A stretch of DNA of 64,000 nt from Gemmatimonadales bacterium. GTDB lineage: Bacteria > Gemmatimonadota > Gemmatimonadetes > Gemmatimonadales > GWC2-71-9. Positions 19,693-29,050 of this stretch are shown piece after piece. The notes beneath the pieces are model-generated. The model worked only from the letters and a program-made list of their open reading frames with translations. It did not search any database and was not told the origin of the DNA. The stretch is taken from positions 64,001 through 128,000 of the forward strand of contig JBBQFH010000003.1 of NCBI GenBank assembly GCA_038321865.1, given 5' to 3'. The stretch's first letter is position 1; each line of letters starts with the position of its first letter. Both the position numbers and the translations under genes were made by a program.

Positions 19693-21174
19693 ATGCCTAC
19701 GATCCGTTGGTCGCCGCCCGCGGGACTTCGGAAGTTCGCGCTTGCCGTCATCCTGGTGACCGCGGGCATCGCCGCCTCGCTGTTTCTTCCGGCCGCGGCC
19801 GGCCGCGCGGCGACGACCCTCGCCGCGCAGCCGGTGCAGACTCCGGCCGCCGGCGCGGATCAGCGCCCCGCCGTGGATTCCCAGCTGGCGCACCCGACGC
19901 CCCCGGCGCCCGACGTGACCCAGCCGGCGCCGCCGGCGGCGGCGCCGGTCACGCTGCTCACGCGGCTCAGCGGCCTGTTCGGGATCGCGCTGATCCTGCT
20001 GATCGGCATCGCGATGTCCCACAACCGCCGGGCGATCAAGTGGAAGATCGTCGCCTGGGGGCTGGGGCTGCAGTTCGCCTTCGCCGTCTTCGTCCTGCGG
20101 GTGCCCTTCGGCCAGCGGCTCTTCCGCGCGCTCGGCGACTTCGTGACGACCATCCTGCACTACTCCTACGCCGGGTCCTCGTTCGTCTTCGGCGAGATCG
20201 GGAAGCCGAACTCGAGTCTCGGCGTCATCTTCGCCTTCCAGATCCTGCCGGCGATCATCTTCGTGTCGGCGCTGTTCGCGATCATGTACTACCTGGGCAT
20301 CATGCAGGTGATCGTGCGCGCCTTTGCCGTCGTGATGAGCCGGCTCCTCGGCGCCAGCGGGGCCGAGAGCCTCAACGTGGCGGCCTCGATCTTCATGGGG
20401 CAGACGGAGGCGCCGCTCACCATCCGGCCGTTCCTGCCGAGGATGACGCGCTCGGAGCTGATGACGGTGATGACGTCGGGCATGGCCCACGTCTCCGGCT
20501 CCATCATGGCCGCCTATATCGCCTTCGGGATCGAGGCGCGGCACCTGCTCACGGCGGTGATCATGACGGCGCCGGGCACCATCATGATGGCGAAGCTGTT
20601 CGAGCCGGAGACCGAAGTGCCCGAGACGTCGGGCAACGTGACGATCAACATCCCGAGGACCGACGTGAATCTGGTGGACGCGGCCGCGCGCGGGACGGGG
20701 GAGGGGCTGCACCTCATGCTGAACGTGATCGCGATGCTGATCTCGTTCATCGCATTGATCGCGCTCGTCAACGGTCTCTTCGGCGCGCTGCACGGATACG
20801 CCGGCTGGTTCCCCGCCGACATCCAGACGGTGCTCGGCTGGGTCTGCCGCCCGGTCGCGTTCGCGATGGGTGTGCCCTGGAAGGACAGCGAGACGATCGG
20901 CAGCCTGCTCGGCACCCGCGCCGTGCTGAACGAGTTCATCGCCTACTCGCAGCTCGGCCCGCTCAAGGCGACCCTCGACCCGCGCTCGTTCACCATCGCG
21001 TCGTTCGCGCTCGCGGGGTTCGCCAACTTCAGTTCCGTCGGCATCCAGATCGGCGGCATCGGCGCGCTGGCCCCCGAGCGGAAGGGCGATCTGGCCCGGC
21101 TCGGCTTCCGTGCCATGCTCGCCGGCACCCTCGCCAACTTTCTCTCGGCGACGATCGCCGGGATCCTCCTCTGA
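19693..21174 (+). CDS. nupC: NupC/CNT family nucleoside transporter
   Basis: FAFQILP.IIF, IFMGQTEAP, NEFIAY and FANFSS.GIQIGG motifs; start uncertain. Confidence 0.92.
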   Translation: MPTIRWSPPAGLRKFALAVILVTAGIAASLFLPAAAGRAATTLAAQPVQTPAAGADQRPAVDSQLAHPTPPAPDVTQPAPPAAAPVTLLTRLSGLFGIALILLIGIAMSHNRRAIKWKIVAWGLGLQFAFAVFVLRVPFGQRLFRALGDFVTTILHYSYAGSSFVFGEIGKPNSSLGVIFAFQILPAIIFVSALFAIMYYLGIMQVIVRAFAVVMSRLLGASGAESLNVAASIFMGQTEAPLTIRPFLPRMTRSELMTVMTSGMAHVSGSIMAAYIAFGIEARHLLTAVIMTAPGTIMMAKLFEPETEVPETSGNVTINIPRTDVNLVDAAARGTGEGLHLMLNVIAMLISFIALIALVNGLFGALHGYAGWFPADIQTVLGWVCRPVAFAMGVPWKDSETIGSLLGTRAVLNEFIAYSQLGPLKATLDPRSFTIASFALAGFANFSSVGIQIGGIGALAPERKGDLARLGFRAMLAGTLANFLSATIAGILL

Positions 21175-22010
21175 TGGGCGGCCCGGCCGCGGACGAGCTG
21201 GCCCGGATGATCGCCGCCGCGAGCGCCGCCATCCGCGCCCGCCTGGATGGCCGGGCGCCGACCGTGGCGATCGTGCTCGGATCCGGCATGGGATTCCTGG
21301 CCGAGCAGGTGCATAACGCGGTCCGGATTCCCTACCGTGATATCCCAGGATTCCCGCTGCCCACGGTGCAGGGGCACGGTGGCGAGCTGGTGATCGGAGG
21401 GCTGGCCGGCAAGACCGTCATCGCGCAGAGCGGACGGTTCCACATGTACGAAGGCCCCTCGGCGCGGGTGAGCAGCCTGGCGGTGCGCGCCTTCGGCGAG
21501 CTGGGCGTGACGACACTGCTCCTGACGAATGCGGCCGGCGGCATCCGGCGCAGCTTCACGGCCGGGACGCTCATGCTGCTGTCGGATCACCTGAATCTGA
21601 CGGGCCGCAATCCGCTCATCGGCGCGGTGCTCGCGGGCGAGGAGCGTTTCCCCGACATGTCGGATCCGTACGACGCGGGGCTTCGCGCGATCGCGCGCGA
21701 GGTGGCGCGCGAGCGGAAGGTCGCGCTGGCCGAAGGGGTGTATGCCGGCCTGCTGGGACCGACCTACGAGACGCCGTCCGAGGTGCGGATGCTCGAGCGC
21801 CTGGGGGCGGACGCGGTGGGGATGTCCACGGTCATCGAGGTCATTGCCGCGCGGGCGCGCGGCATGCGCTGCCTCGCGATCAGCACGGTCACCAATCTCG
21901 CCTCGGGCATCAGCCCGACGACGCTGTCACACGCGGAAGTGATGGAGACGGCGGAGCGGGTGAAGGGGGAGCTGGGTACGCTGATCGAGGGAATTGTCGA
22001 GCGGATCTAG
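21174..22010 (+). CDS. punA: Purine-nucleoside phosphorylase (trimeric PNP-I type)
   Basis: IVLGSG, GRFH.YEG, TNAAGG, GPTYETPSE and GADAVGMST motifs. Confidence 0.92.
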   Translation: MGGPAADELARMIAAASAAIRARLDGRAPTVAIVLGSGMGFLAEQVHNAVRIPYRDIPGFPLPTVQGHGGELVIGGLAGKTVIAQSGRFHMYEGPSARVSSLAVRAFGELGVTTLLLTNAAGGIRRSFTAGTLMLLSDHLNLTGRNPLIGAVLAGEERFPDMSDPYDAGLRAIAREVARERKVALAEGVYAGLLGPTYETPSEVRMLERLGADAVGMSTVIEVIAARARGMRCLAISTVTNLASGISPTTLSHAEVMETAERVKGELGTLIEGIVERI

Positions 22011-22813
22011 CGATCGGCGGGCGAGTCGGGCCGCGCAGCGACGGTATGATCGAGCGGCCCGTGGCCCCTGCCAATGCCGGGCGCGGAGCGCATCGCCCGG
22101 CGGACGAAGTCGAGGGCGTCCGCCACGGCCGATTCCAGGTCCCGGCCCAGCGCGAGCCCGGCGGTGACGGCTGCGGAAAGGGTGCAGCCGGTCCCATGCG
22201 TCGAGGTCGTCGTGATGCGCGGATGATCGAAGCGCCGCACCCCGGCACGAGTGACGAGCACGTCGGTCACGAGCGCGCCGTCGAGATGTCCGCCCTTGAC
22301 CAGTGCCGCACCGGCGCCGAGCTCGAGGAGTGCGCGGCCGGCCGTGGCCATCTGTTCCGCGTCCCGCACCTCGTGGCCCACCAGAAGCTCGGCCTCGTCG
22401 AGATTGGGCGTGACGAGCGTCGCCAGCGGCAGGAGCAGGGTGCGGATGAGCGAGACCGCATCGGCATCGAGGAGGCGGTCCCCCGATGTGGCGACCATCA
22501 CCGGGTCGAGCACGTACGGGCGCCACTCCCGGTCGCGGAGAGCGCCGGCCACCTGTTCGACGAGCGCCGCGTCGGCCAGCATCCCGGTCTTCACGGCATC
22601 GGGAGGCAGATCGTCGGCCAGCGCGTCGAGCTGCGCGGCGACGATCGCGGCGGGAGCGGCATGCACCGCCCGGACACTGATCGTGTTCTGCGCCGTCAGG
22701 GCGACGATGACGGACGTGCCGAACACACCGAACTGCTGGAACGTCTTGAGGTCCGCCTGGATGCCGGCCCCGCCTCCCGAATCGGAGCCGGCGATGGTCA
22801 GCGCGATCTTCAC
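22007..22813 (-). CDS. thiD: Hydroxymethylpyrimidine/phosphomethylpyrimidine kinase
   Basis: TIAGSDSGGGAGIQADLKT, DPVMVATSG and HGTGCT motifs. Confidence 0.95.
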   Translation of the reverse strand: MKIALTIAGSDSGGGAGIQADLKTFQQFGVFGTSVIVALTAQNTISVRAVHAAPAAIVAAQLDALADDLPPDAVKTGMLADAALVEQVAGALRDREWRPYVLDPVMVATSGDRLLDADAVSLIRTLLLPLATLVTPNLDEAELLVGHEVRDAEQMATAGRALLELGAGAALVKGGHLDGALVTDVLVTRAGVRRFDHPRITTTSTHGTGCTLSAAVTAGLALGRDLESAVADALDFVRRAMRSAPGIGRGHGPLDHTVAARPDSPADR

Positions 22814-23628
22814 GGCTGCTTGACTTCCTTGGGCGCAGGCGGCAGCGCCGCGAGGCGGCGCTTGAGGTCGGTGAAGGCCGCCAGATCGGTCTGGCCGTTG
22901 CGGACGGCCGCGGCCGCGCCAGGCGTCGTGGCGATGACCCGTTCGGTGTTGCCGATGCGCTCGACCGCCATCGGGTGTGACGCGAACCACTGCTCCACCT
23001 TGTTCGGCTCCGACTGCTCGAGGCTTTGCAGCAGCTGCAGCATGTGGGTGATGCCGGACGGATCGATGTGCGCGCGGGTCAGCCCGATCACCGCCATCGA
23101 GTCGGCCTGGCGCTCGTCGTCCCGGCTGAACTTGGCGAAGACCGCGCTGCCGGCCAGCCCCACGGCCGCCTGATCCACCTGGCCGGGCTGCCGTCCGAGC
23201 AGGATGTAGGCGAGAGTGACGCCGGCGTTGGCCACGTTCTGCTGGCCCATCTGTTGCGCCGAGTGGCGCAGATCCACATGGCCGATCTCGTGCATGACCG
23301 CGCCGGCGAATTCATCGTAATGCCGGGCCCGGGCGATCAGGCCGCGAAAGACGTAGATGTGCCCGCCCGGGACGGCAAAGGCGTTCACCTGGTCCGAATT
23401 GACGATGTGGAAGTCCCAGGCGAGGTCCTGGCGGACGGCCACGCGCCGGAGCGGGTTGACCGTCTGATTGAAGACCGAGGTGATCCCACCGTCGTTGATC
23501 AGCGGGAGCTTCTGGGCGATCTGGGCGGCGTAGTCGTTGCCCATCTGGACTTCCTGCTGGACCGACGGCGCGCAGGCCGCCAGCGCGAGCAGGCCCATTC
23601 CGGCGAGTGTACGATCAAAGGCTGACAT
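22810..23628 (-). CDS. M48 family metallopeptidase lipoprotein
   Basis: AAGGAG SD; lipobox LAAC; NAFAVPGG, HEIGH, FSRDDE.QAD and SHP motifs. Confidence 0.9.
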   Translation of the reverse strand: MSAFDRTLAGMGLLALAACAPSVQQEVQMGNDYAAQIAQKLPLINDGGITSVFNQTVNPLRRVAVRQDLAWDFHIVNSDQVNAFAVPGGHIYVFRGLIARARHYDEFAGAVMHEIGHVDLRHSAQQMGQQNVANAGVTLAYILLGRQPGQVDQAAVGLAGSAVFAKFSRDDERQADSMAVIGLTRAHIDPSGITHMLQLLQSLEQSEPNKVEQWFASHPMAVERIGNTERVIATTPGAAAAVRNGQTDLAAFTDLKRRLAALPPAPKEVKQP

Positions 23629-24400
23629 GAGCGGCTCCTTGCAATCCATGATTCGGGATCTCGGCCGGCGGCGGGGCCGGGAACGGCGCGGGCTCGCGCT
23701 GGCCGAGGGCGTGCGACTGGTCGAGGAGGCGATTGCGGCGGGAATCGCATTTCGCGGCGCCGCGATCTCGCCCGTGCTGGAAGGTACCACGCGCGGGAGG
23801 GCACTTAAAGCGCGGCTGGTGGAGCTGGGGGTCGCGCTGGAAGAAGTGTCCGGGCCCGAGCTCGATGCGCTGGCCGACACGGAGCATCCGCAGGGCGTCG
23901 TCGCGGTGATCACGCCCCGGGAGTGGGCGCTGGCCGATATCGTGACCGAACCGGGCGCGGCGGTGCTCGTGCTCGACGCGGTGCAGGATCCGGGGAACGT
24001 GGGCACGATCGTGCGGACAGCGCACGCGCTGGGTGCGGCCGGCGTGATCGCGCTCCGGGGAACGGCCGAACTCACCAATCCCAAGGTGCTCCGCGGCAGC
24101 ATGGGTGCGGCCTTTCGGCTTCCGTCCGTGTCGGCCGATGACGGCGAGCTGCTCGCGTGGGCCGCGGAGCGATCGGTCGAGCTCTGGGTGGCGGCGGCCG
24201 ACGGCGCGCCGCTTCGCCGCGGCGAGTCGCGCCCGCAGTCGGTGGCGATCATCGTCGGGAACGAAGGGGCGGGGGTGCGGGCACGGCTGGCCGATGCGGC
24301 GTCCCGCCGCATCGCGATCCCCATCCGTGCCAACGCGGAATCGCTCAATGTCGCGATCGCGGCCGGCATTCTTCTCTACGAGGTCCTGCGTGACGATTGA
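23627..24400 (+). CDS. TrmH/SpoU family RNA methyltransferase
   Basis: QDPGNVGTI.R, GNEGAG and ESLNVAIAAGI motifs; start at 23627 or 23648. Confidence 0.92.
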   Translation: MSGSLQSMIRDLGRRRGRERRGLALAEGVRLVEEAIAAGIAFRGAAISPVLEGTTRGRALKARLVELGVALEEVSGPELDALADTEHPQGVVAVITPREWALADIVTEPGAAVLVLDAVQDPGNVGTIVRTAHALGAAGVIALRGTAELTNPKVLRGSMGAAFRLPSVSADDGELLAWAAERSVELWVAAADGAPLRRGESRPQSVAIIVGNEGAGVRARLADAASRRIAIPIRANAESLNVAIAAGILLYEVLRDD

Positions 24401-25172
24401 CCTTCCGGTTCCCATCCTGATCGGCTTCGCCGCGCTGCTGGGTGCCGTCATCGGCAGCTTCCTCAACGTCTGCATTCTGCGCTGGCCGGCCGAGCAGTCG
24501 GTCGTGCGGCCGCCGTCGCGGTGCCCGCGCTGCGGCGCGGGGCTCAAGCCGTGGGACAACATCCCGATCATCTCGTGGCTGCTCCTCCACGCCCGGTGCC
24601 GGAACTGCGGCGAGCCGATTTCGGCCATCTATCCGCTGATCGAGCTGGCGACGGCCGTCATCTGGGCCACGATGGTCTGGCAGCACGGCGCCACCCTCGA
24701 GGCGCTTCGGGCCTCCGTGTTCGGCACCATCCTGCTCGGCATCGCCATGACCGATCTTCGCGAATACATCATCCCGGACGAGTTCTCCCTCGGCGGGCTG
24801 GTGATCGGGCTGCTGTTCAGCCTGGCCGGCGGGCTGCCGACGATCGAGACCGCTGTGCTCGGGGCGGCTGTGGGATTCGCCGTGCTGTGGCTGGTGGGCG
24901 TGCTGGGCACGTGGGCGTTCAGGAAGGAAGCGATGGGCGGCGGCGACATCAAGATGATGGCGATGGTCGGTGCCTTCCTTGGCTGGCAGGGGGTGCTGCT
25001 GACGATCTTCCTCGGTGCGCTCCTCGGCACGCTGATCTTCGTCCCGATCACGCTGATCAAGAAAGACAAGCTGGTCCCCTTCGGCGTCTTCCTCGCACTC
25101 GGCGCGGCCGCGACGTACATCTTCGGTCCCCAGATGCTGGCGTGGTATCGCGTCTACCTGGAGAACGCATGA
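24390..25172 (+). CDS. pilD: Prepilin peptidase/N-methyltransferase
   Basis: GSFLNVCI.R, two CxxC pairs, MGGGDIK and PFG.FL motifs. Confidence 0.93.
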   Translation: MTIDLPVPILIGFAALLGAVIGSFLNVCILRWPAEQSVVRPPSRCPRCGAGLKPWDNIPIISWLLLHARCRNCGEPISAIYPLIELATAVIWATMVWQHGATLEALRASVFGTILLGIAMTDLREYIIPDEFSLGGLVIGLLFSLAGGLPTIETAVLGAAVGFAVLWLVGVLGTWAFRKEAMGGGDIKMMAMVGAFLGWQGVLLTIFLGALLGTLIFVPITLIKKDKLVPFGVFLALGAAATYIFGPQMLAWYRVYLENA

Positions 25173-26368
25173 GGTGGCTCTCCGGCCTCGCCGCCCTGAC
25201 GTCGCTGGCCGGCTGCCGCGGTGAGGCGCCGGGTGCGCCGTCGGCGCAGCAGCTGGTCGACAGCCTCCGTCCCGCGGTCGAGCGTGCGGCGGCCCTCCGG
25301 TTCCGCACGCCGCCCCGCGTCGCGATGCGGAGCCGGGAGCAGGTCCGCGCCTACCTCGCGGCCAAGCTCGACGCGGAGCTGCCCGAGTCGCGCGCGCGGG
25401 GCATGGAGGCGGCGTACCGGCTCTTCGGCCTGCTGCCGGACAGCGTGCGCCTGCGGCCGCTGCTGCTGGACCTGTTGAGCGAACAGGTCGTCGGGTACTA
25501 CGACGCCGATTCGGCGATGCTGTTCGCCGTCAACGGGAGCCCGCGGGAACAGCTCCGCCTGGTCATGGCGCACGAGATGGTGCACGCGCTGCAGGGCCAG
25601 TACCTGCCGCTCGACTCGATCTTCCACGACCTCCACAGCAACGACCGTCTCACCGCCGCCCAGGCGATTCTCGAAGGGCAGGCGACCTACGCCTCCATCG
25701 GCATTTACGCGCCGCCGGGCAAGGACCTGTCGCACGACGACGACTTCTGGTCGCTGTACGGCGACCAGGTGCGCGAGCAGCAGGCGGCGATGCCGGTGTT
25801 CGCCCGGGCACCGCTGGTGGTGCGGGAGGGGCTGATCTTTCCCTATGTGGCCGGTGCGGAGTTCATGCACTGGTGGGTGTCGAAGTCGGGTCACGCCGAC
25901 ACGCTGCCCTACGGGCCGCGGATGCCGGCGTCCACCGAGCAGGTGCTCCACCCCGACCGCTACGCGCGCGGTGATCGCCCGGTCGAGATCGCCTTCGACT
26001 CGGCGGCGGCCGATTCCGTCCTGCACGATGACGTGTTGGGGGAAATGGAGTTGCGGGTGCTGGTGGCGCAGGACGCCGGCGTGGCGCAGCCCAGTGACCT
26101 GACGGCGCTGGGGTGGGGCGGAGACCGGTACCGCGTGGTCGCGACGCCGGCGGGGCCGGCGCTCGTCTGGTATCTCATCTTCGATGACGCAGCGAGCACC
26201 GATCGGTTTCTCCGTCAGGCGGGCGAGGAGCTCGCGACGACCCGGCGGCCCGGATACCTGGCGAAACTGGATCGCGTGACGCTCTCCGGCCGGGCCGCGC
26301 TGCGGTTCGTGCTTGCGCCCGCAGGATGGTCGCGCTGGTCCGCGTTGCCGGCCGCTACAATCCGATGA
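25169..26368 (+). CDS. Lipoprotein with zincin-like HExxH motif
   Basis: LAGC lipobox; GYYD, AHEMVHALQ, EGQAT, FPY..G and STEQVLHP motifs. Confidence 0.75.
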   Translation: MRWLSGLAALTSLAGCRGEAPGAPSAQQLVDSLRPAVERAAALRFRTPPRVAMRSREQVRAYLAAKLDAELPESRARGMEAAYRLFGLLPDSVRLRPLLLDLLSEQVVGYYDADSAMLFAVNGSPREQLRLVMAHEMVHALQGQYLPLDSIFHDLHSNDRLTAAQAILEGQATYASIGIYAPPGKDLSHDDDFWSLYGDQVREQQAAMPVFARAPLVVREGLIFPYVAGAEFMHWWVSKSGHADTLPYGPRMPASTEQVLHPDRYARGDRPVEIAFDSAAADSVLHDDVLGEMELRVLVAQDAGVAQPSDLTALGWGGDRYRVVATPAGPALVWYLIFDDAASTDRFLRQAGEELATTRRPGYLAKLDRVTLSGRAALRFVLAPAGWSRWSALPAATIR

Positions 26369-27920
26369 GCTTCCCCAGCCAGAAGGCGCCGAAGCCGAAG
26401 AGTCCCCCGAGCACATAGCCGATCCTGACGATCAGGTCGAGCTCCTTCTGGCTGACGTCGCGGATCAGCCGCTCGACCCGTTCGATCGGCAGATCGTTCA
26501 CCTTCTGCTCGATGATTTCCTGCACCCTGATCTGCTGCACCAGCCGCGGGATCTGCGCCTGCACCCACCTCCATGCCTCGTCGATCACGCCTGACCGCAG
26601 CGACGCCGTCATCTCCGGGCCGATCCACTCGGCGGGGCGGCCGATCGGCTGCTCGAGCAGGCGATCCACCAGTCCGCGCACCACGGTCTCGACCATGCGT
26701 TGCCCCTGGTCGCTGGCCAGGACGCCGGACGCGAACATCGCCACCTTGTCGCCGCGGACGCCGGTGAGCAGGTCGCCCCAGGTCCGCCGCTCGAGCGCCT
26801 GCATCGCCCGGTCGGCGGCGGCGTCGACGACGCGCCGGGTCCCGGGCTCCCGCGCGATCCTGACGAGCCAGTCGCCAAGTGACTCGCTCACGCCGGTGCG
26901 GCGCTCGTCGCCCAGCCGGGCCAGCCGCTCGCTCGTCGGCACCAGCAGGAAGTTGATCACCGCTTCGCGCACCGCCCGGGCCAGCTGCTCCCGCATCTCG
27001 GGGGCGTCGAAGGCCGCCGCGAAGCGGTCGAAGCCCTCGTGCTCGAACCCGTCCACCAGCCGCTCGATCGTGCGGTCGGTGACCATCAGCTTGGCCAGCA
27101 GCCGCTCGTGCAGCATCATCTCTCGCACCGAGCTGTCGAACGCATCGCGGAGCGCCGCCTCGATCCGGCCGCGCGCTTCCGGATCGCTCAGCAGCGCGCC
27201 CAGACGGTCGAGTGCCACGGGGATGTAGTCGGTGATGGCCTGTTCGATCGCGCCGATGAACCCGGCGGGCAGGCGGCTCAGGAGGGGCCGGTCGTCACCG
27301 GCGAGCTGTTCCGACTGGGTGGCGACGAAGCGGCGGAGCGTGCTCTCGAGCTCGTCGCCTTCGACGAACTGGCCGACCAACTCGTCCACCTTGCGCCGGA
27401 TCTTCTCGTGCCGCTCGGCGGTCAGGACCTCCGCGATGGGCCGGTCCGCCACCTCCTGCCGCACCCGTTCCAGCCACCCGGCCATCTGCTCGATCCCCTC
27501 GGCCGAGCGGAGATAGTCGGCCAGCCGCTCCGCCACCCGCGGGGCGACTGACGCCAGTGCCCGGTCGAACGCCTGACTGACGGTCGGACTCAGGTGCGAG
27601 CGCAGCGAGCCCCGGTCCTGATCCACGATCGCGTCGAACATCCGTCCGATCGCGTCGGCGAAGGTATCGCGGACGGCTGGCGCGTTGAGCCGCGCATGCA
27701 GGTCCTCGGACGTGAGCAACCGCTCACCCACGGTTTTCGCGATGCTGTGCGCCAGCCGGGCCTTGTTCTTGGGCAGGGCGCCCTGGATCTTGAACGGCCC
27801 CCAGCCGCGTCGTTCGTAGGGACGGAAGAGCAGAAAGATCGACGTGGTGTCGGTCATGCCGCCGGCGACCGAGGCAACGGCGGTGGTGAAGGCCATCTCC
27901 CAGAAGGTGTGCTGGTCCAT
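26355..27920 (-). CDS. DUF445 family membrane protein
   Basis: N-terminal GG.T...I.LLFRP...QG.LPK.K.RLA..I and C-terminal EL..I...GYVLGG. Confidence 0.85.
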   Translation of the reverse strand: MDQHTFWEMAFTTAVASVAGGMTDTTSIFLLFRPYERRGWGPFKIQGALPKNKARLAHSIAKTVGERLLTSEDLHARLNAPAVRDTFADAIGRMFDAIVDQDRGSLRSHLSPTVSQAFDRALASVAPRVAERLADYLRSAEGIEQMAGWLERVRQEVADRPIAEVLTAERHEKIRRKVDELVGQFVEGDELESTLRRFVATQSEQLAGDDRPLLSRLPAGFIGAIEQAITDYIPVALDRLGALLSDPEARGRIEAALRDAFDSSVREMMLHERLLAKLMVTDRTIERLVDGFEHEGFDRFAAAFDAPEMREQLARAVREAVINFLLVPTSERLARLGDERRTGVSESLGDWLVRIAREPGTRRVVDAAADRAMQALERRTWGDLLTGVRGDKVAMFASGVLASDQGQRMVETVVRGLVDRLLEQPIGRPAEWIGPEMTASLRSGVIDEAWRWVQAQIPRLVQQIRVQEIIEQKVNDLPIERVERLIRDVSQKELDLIVRIGYVLGGLFGFGAFWLGKLIGL

Positions 27921-27949
27921 GCGCGGAAAGTAAGGGGGGCGGTGTAGCG

Positions 27950-27957
27950 GCCGCATC
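27950..27957 (+). repeat. Left target-site duplication gccgcatc
   Basis: Identical to 31899-31906 (match extends to 10 bp, cggccgcatc). Confidence 0.85.
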
Positions 27958-27975
27958 GGTGATGGTACAGTTTGA
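27958..27975 (+). repeat. Left terminal inverted repeat GGTGATGGTACAGTTTGA
   Basis: 15/18 match to the reverse complement of 31881-31898; begins GGTGATG like IS1 ends. Confidence 0.85.
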
Positions 27976-28012
27976 ATTCGCGGCCCCTAGCCGGAAGTGC
28001 TAACTTAGGGGT

Positions 28013-28228
28013 ATGAGCAAGAAAGCCACGCCCGCCCGGCCCCGCGATACGAACCAGCTGGCCGCGTTCGTCGGCGGGATCGCCACGGAGCAGCGGGAGG
28101 AGCCAGAGGCGCCGGAGACGGCCCCAGGCGCCCGTAAGCGGGGCGAGGCGAGGGCGGCGAAGCTCAGCCCGGAGGAACGGAAGCGCATCGCCCAGAAGGC
28201 GGCGAGGGTCCGCTGGGCGAAGGAGTAA
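28013..28228 (+). CDS. Small basic IS-associated protein
   Basis: RPRD.NQLA...IAT...ARAAKLSPEERKRIAQKAARVRW; TGcTAACTT -10 lies 6 nt upstream. Confidence 0.75.
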   Translation: MSKKATPARPRDTNQLAAFVGGIATEQREEPEAPETAPGARKRGEARAAKLSPEERKRIAQKAARVRWAKE

Positions 28229-28340
28229 CACAGCAACCGCGCCCCGATGGTCTGGGGCGCCGCGCTCGGGAACATCAGCAGTTAGCTAGTGTTTTTTCAT
28301 CTACCACCTCGGCTGTGCCTCCTGGCACGGTTGGGGTCCA

Positions 28341-28385
28341 GAGCGGCCAGAGACGCCTTACTAGGGGCGTTGTCTCTGGCCGTTC
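28341..28385. terminator. Long hairpin between convergent passenger genes
   Basis: GAGCGGCCAGAGAC (28341-28354) pairs with GTCTCTGGCCGTTC (28372-28385), plus an inner stem. Confidence 0.55.
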
Positions 28386-28390
28386 GCCTT

Positions 28391-29050
28391 TCAAGCCTCA
28401 GGCGCGCTTCCGAGCAAGATGCGTTCGATGCGGTCATAGAGCCGCTCACTGGCCTCCGGGTCCTCCATCGCCTCCGCTCGCTTCATCAGGAACTCGACGT
28501 ACCTGTTGCGAGCATCCTGCATCGCGTTCTCGGCGTCGCCACCTCCCGCGGCGCCGTCATCCTCTGTGCCGTTGTTGGCGCGTCGCGCGCCCCGCCGCGC
28601 GAAGCCAGTGGGGACCTTAAAGTTCTTACTGACAGCAACGCCCGCGAACTTCGCCGCGTGAAGGTAGAACGTCATGGCCTTGCGCAGCGTGTCCCCAGCT
28701 AGCCCCTTGAAAGTCTCTGCAAGCTGGTTCGTGGTGCCGTTGATAGTGCCCAGTCGAACCGCCTCGCCGTAGTGCGTTTCAAGTAGCCCCTTTATCACTC
28801 GCCCCCGGTCCTTCTCGTTGTTCACCAGCTCCTGAAAAATCGGCGTCACTTCGCCACCTGGCTTGATTAGGCCGAAGAACTTCAGCGCCGCCAATACCTG
28901 CGTCTTTTGGCCCTCCGAGCCCCCGAGGGCGCTCCGGTCAATCCGAGGTGGGACGGCGCCCTTGAACTTGTCCAAGACATTCAGGACGGTTCTAAACGAG
29001 GTGTACGGCCAAGTCACCGCGTTCGGCTCCTGCGTGCGCTCTTCAGCCAT
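28391..29050 (-). CDS. DUF5343-like protein
   Basis: PY.SF.T..N.L....VP.RIDRS.L......Q...ALKF.GLI...G..T pattern; GGAGG SD upstream of ATG 29050. Confidence 0.65.
   Translation of the reverse strand: MAEERTQEPNAVTWPYTSFRTVLNVLDKFKGAVPPRIDRSALGGSEGQKTQVLAALKFFGLIKPGGEVTPIFQELVNNEKDRGRVIKGLLETHYGEAVRLGTINGTTNQLAETFKGLAGDTLRKAMTFYLHAAKFAGVAVSKNFKVPTGFARRGARRANNGTEDDGAAGGGDAENAMQDARNRYVEFLMKRAEAMEDPEASERLYDRIERILLGSAPEA

Noticed and set aside
28000..28275. 91-aa antisense ORF over the small basic IS gene
   Set aside because: No SD directly before it, and it mirrors a better-supported plus-strand gene.
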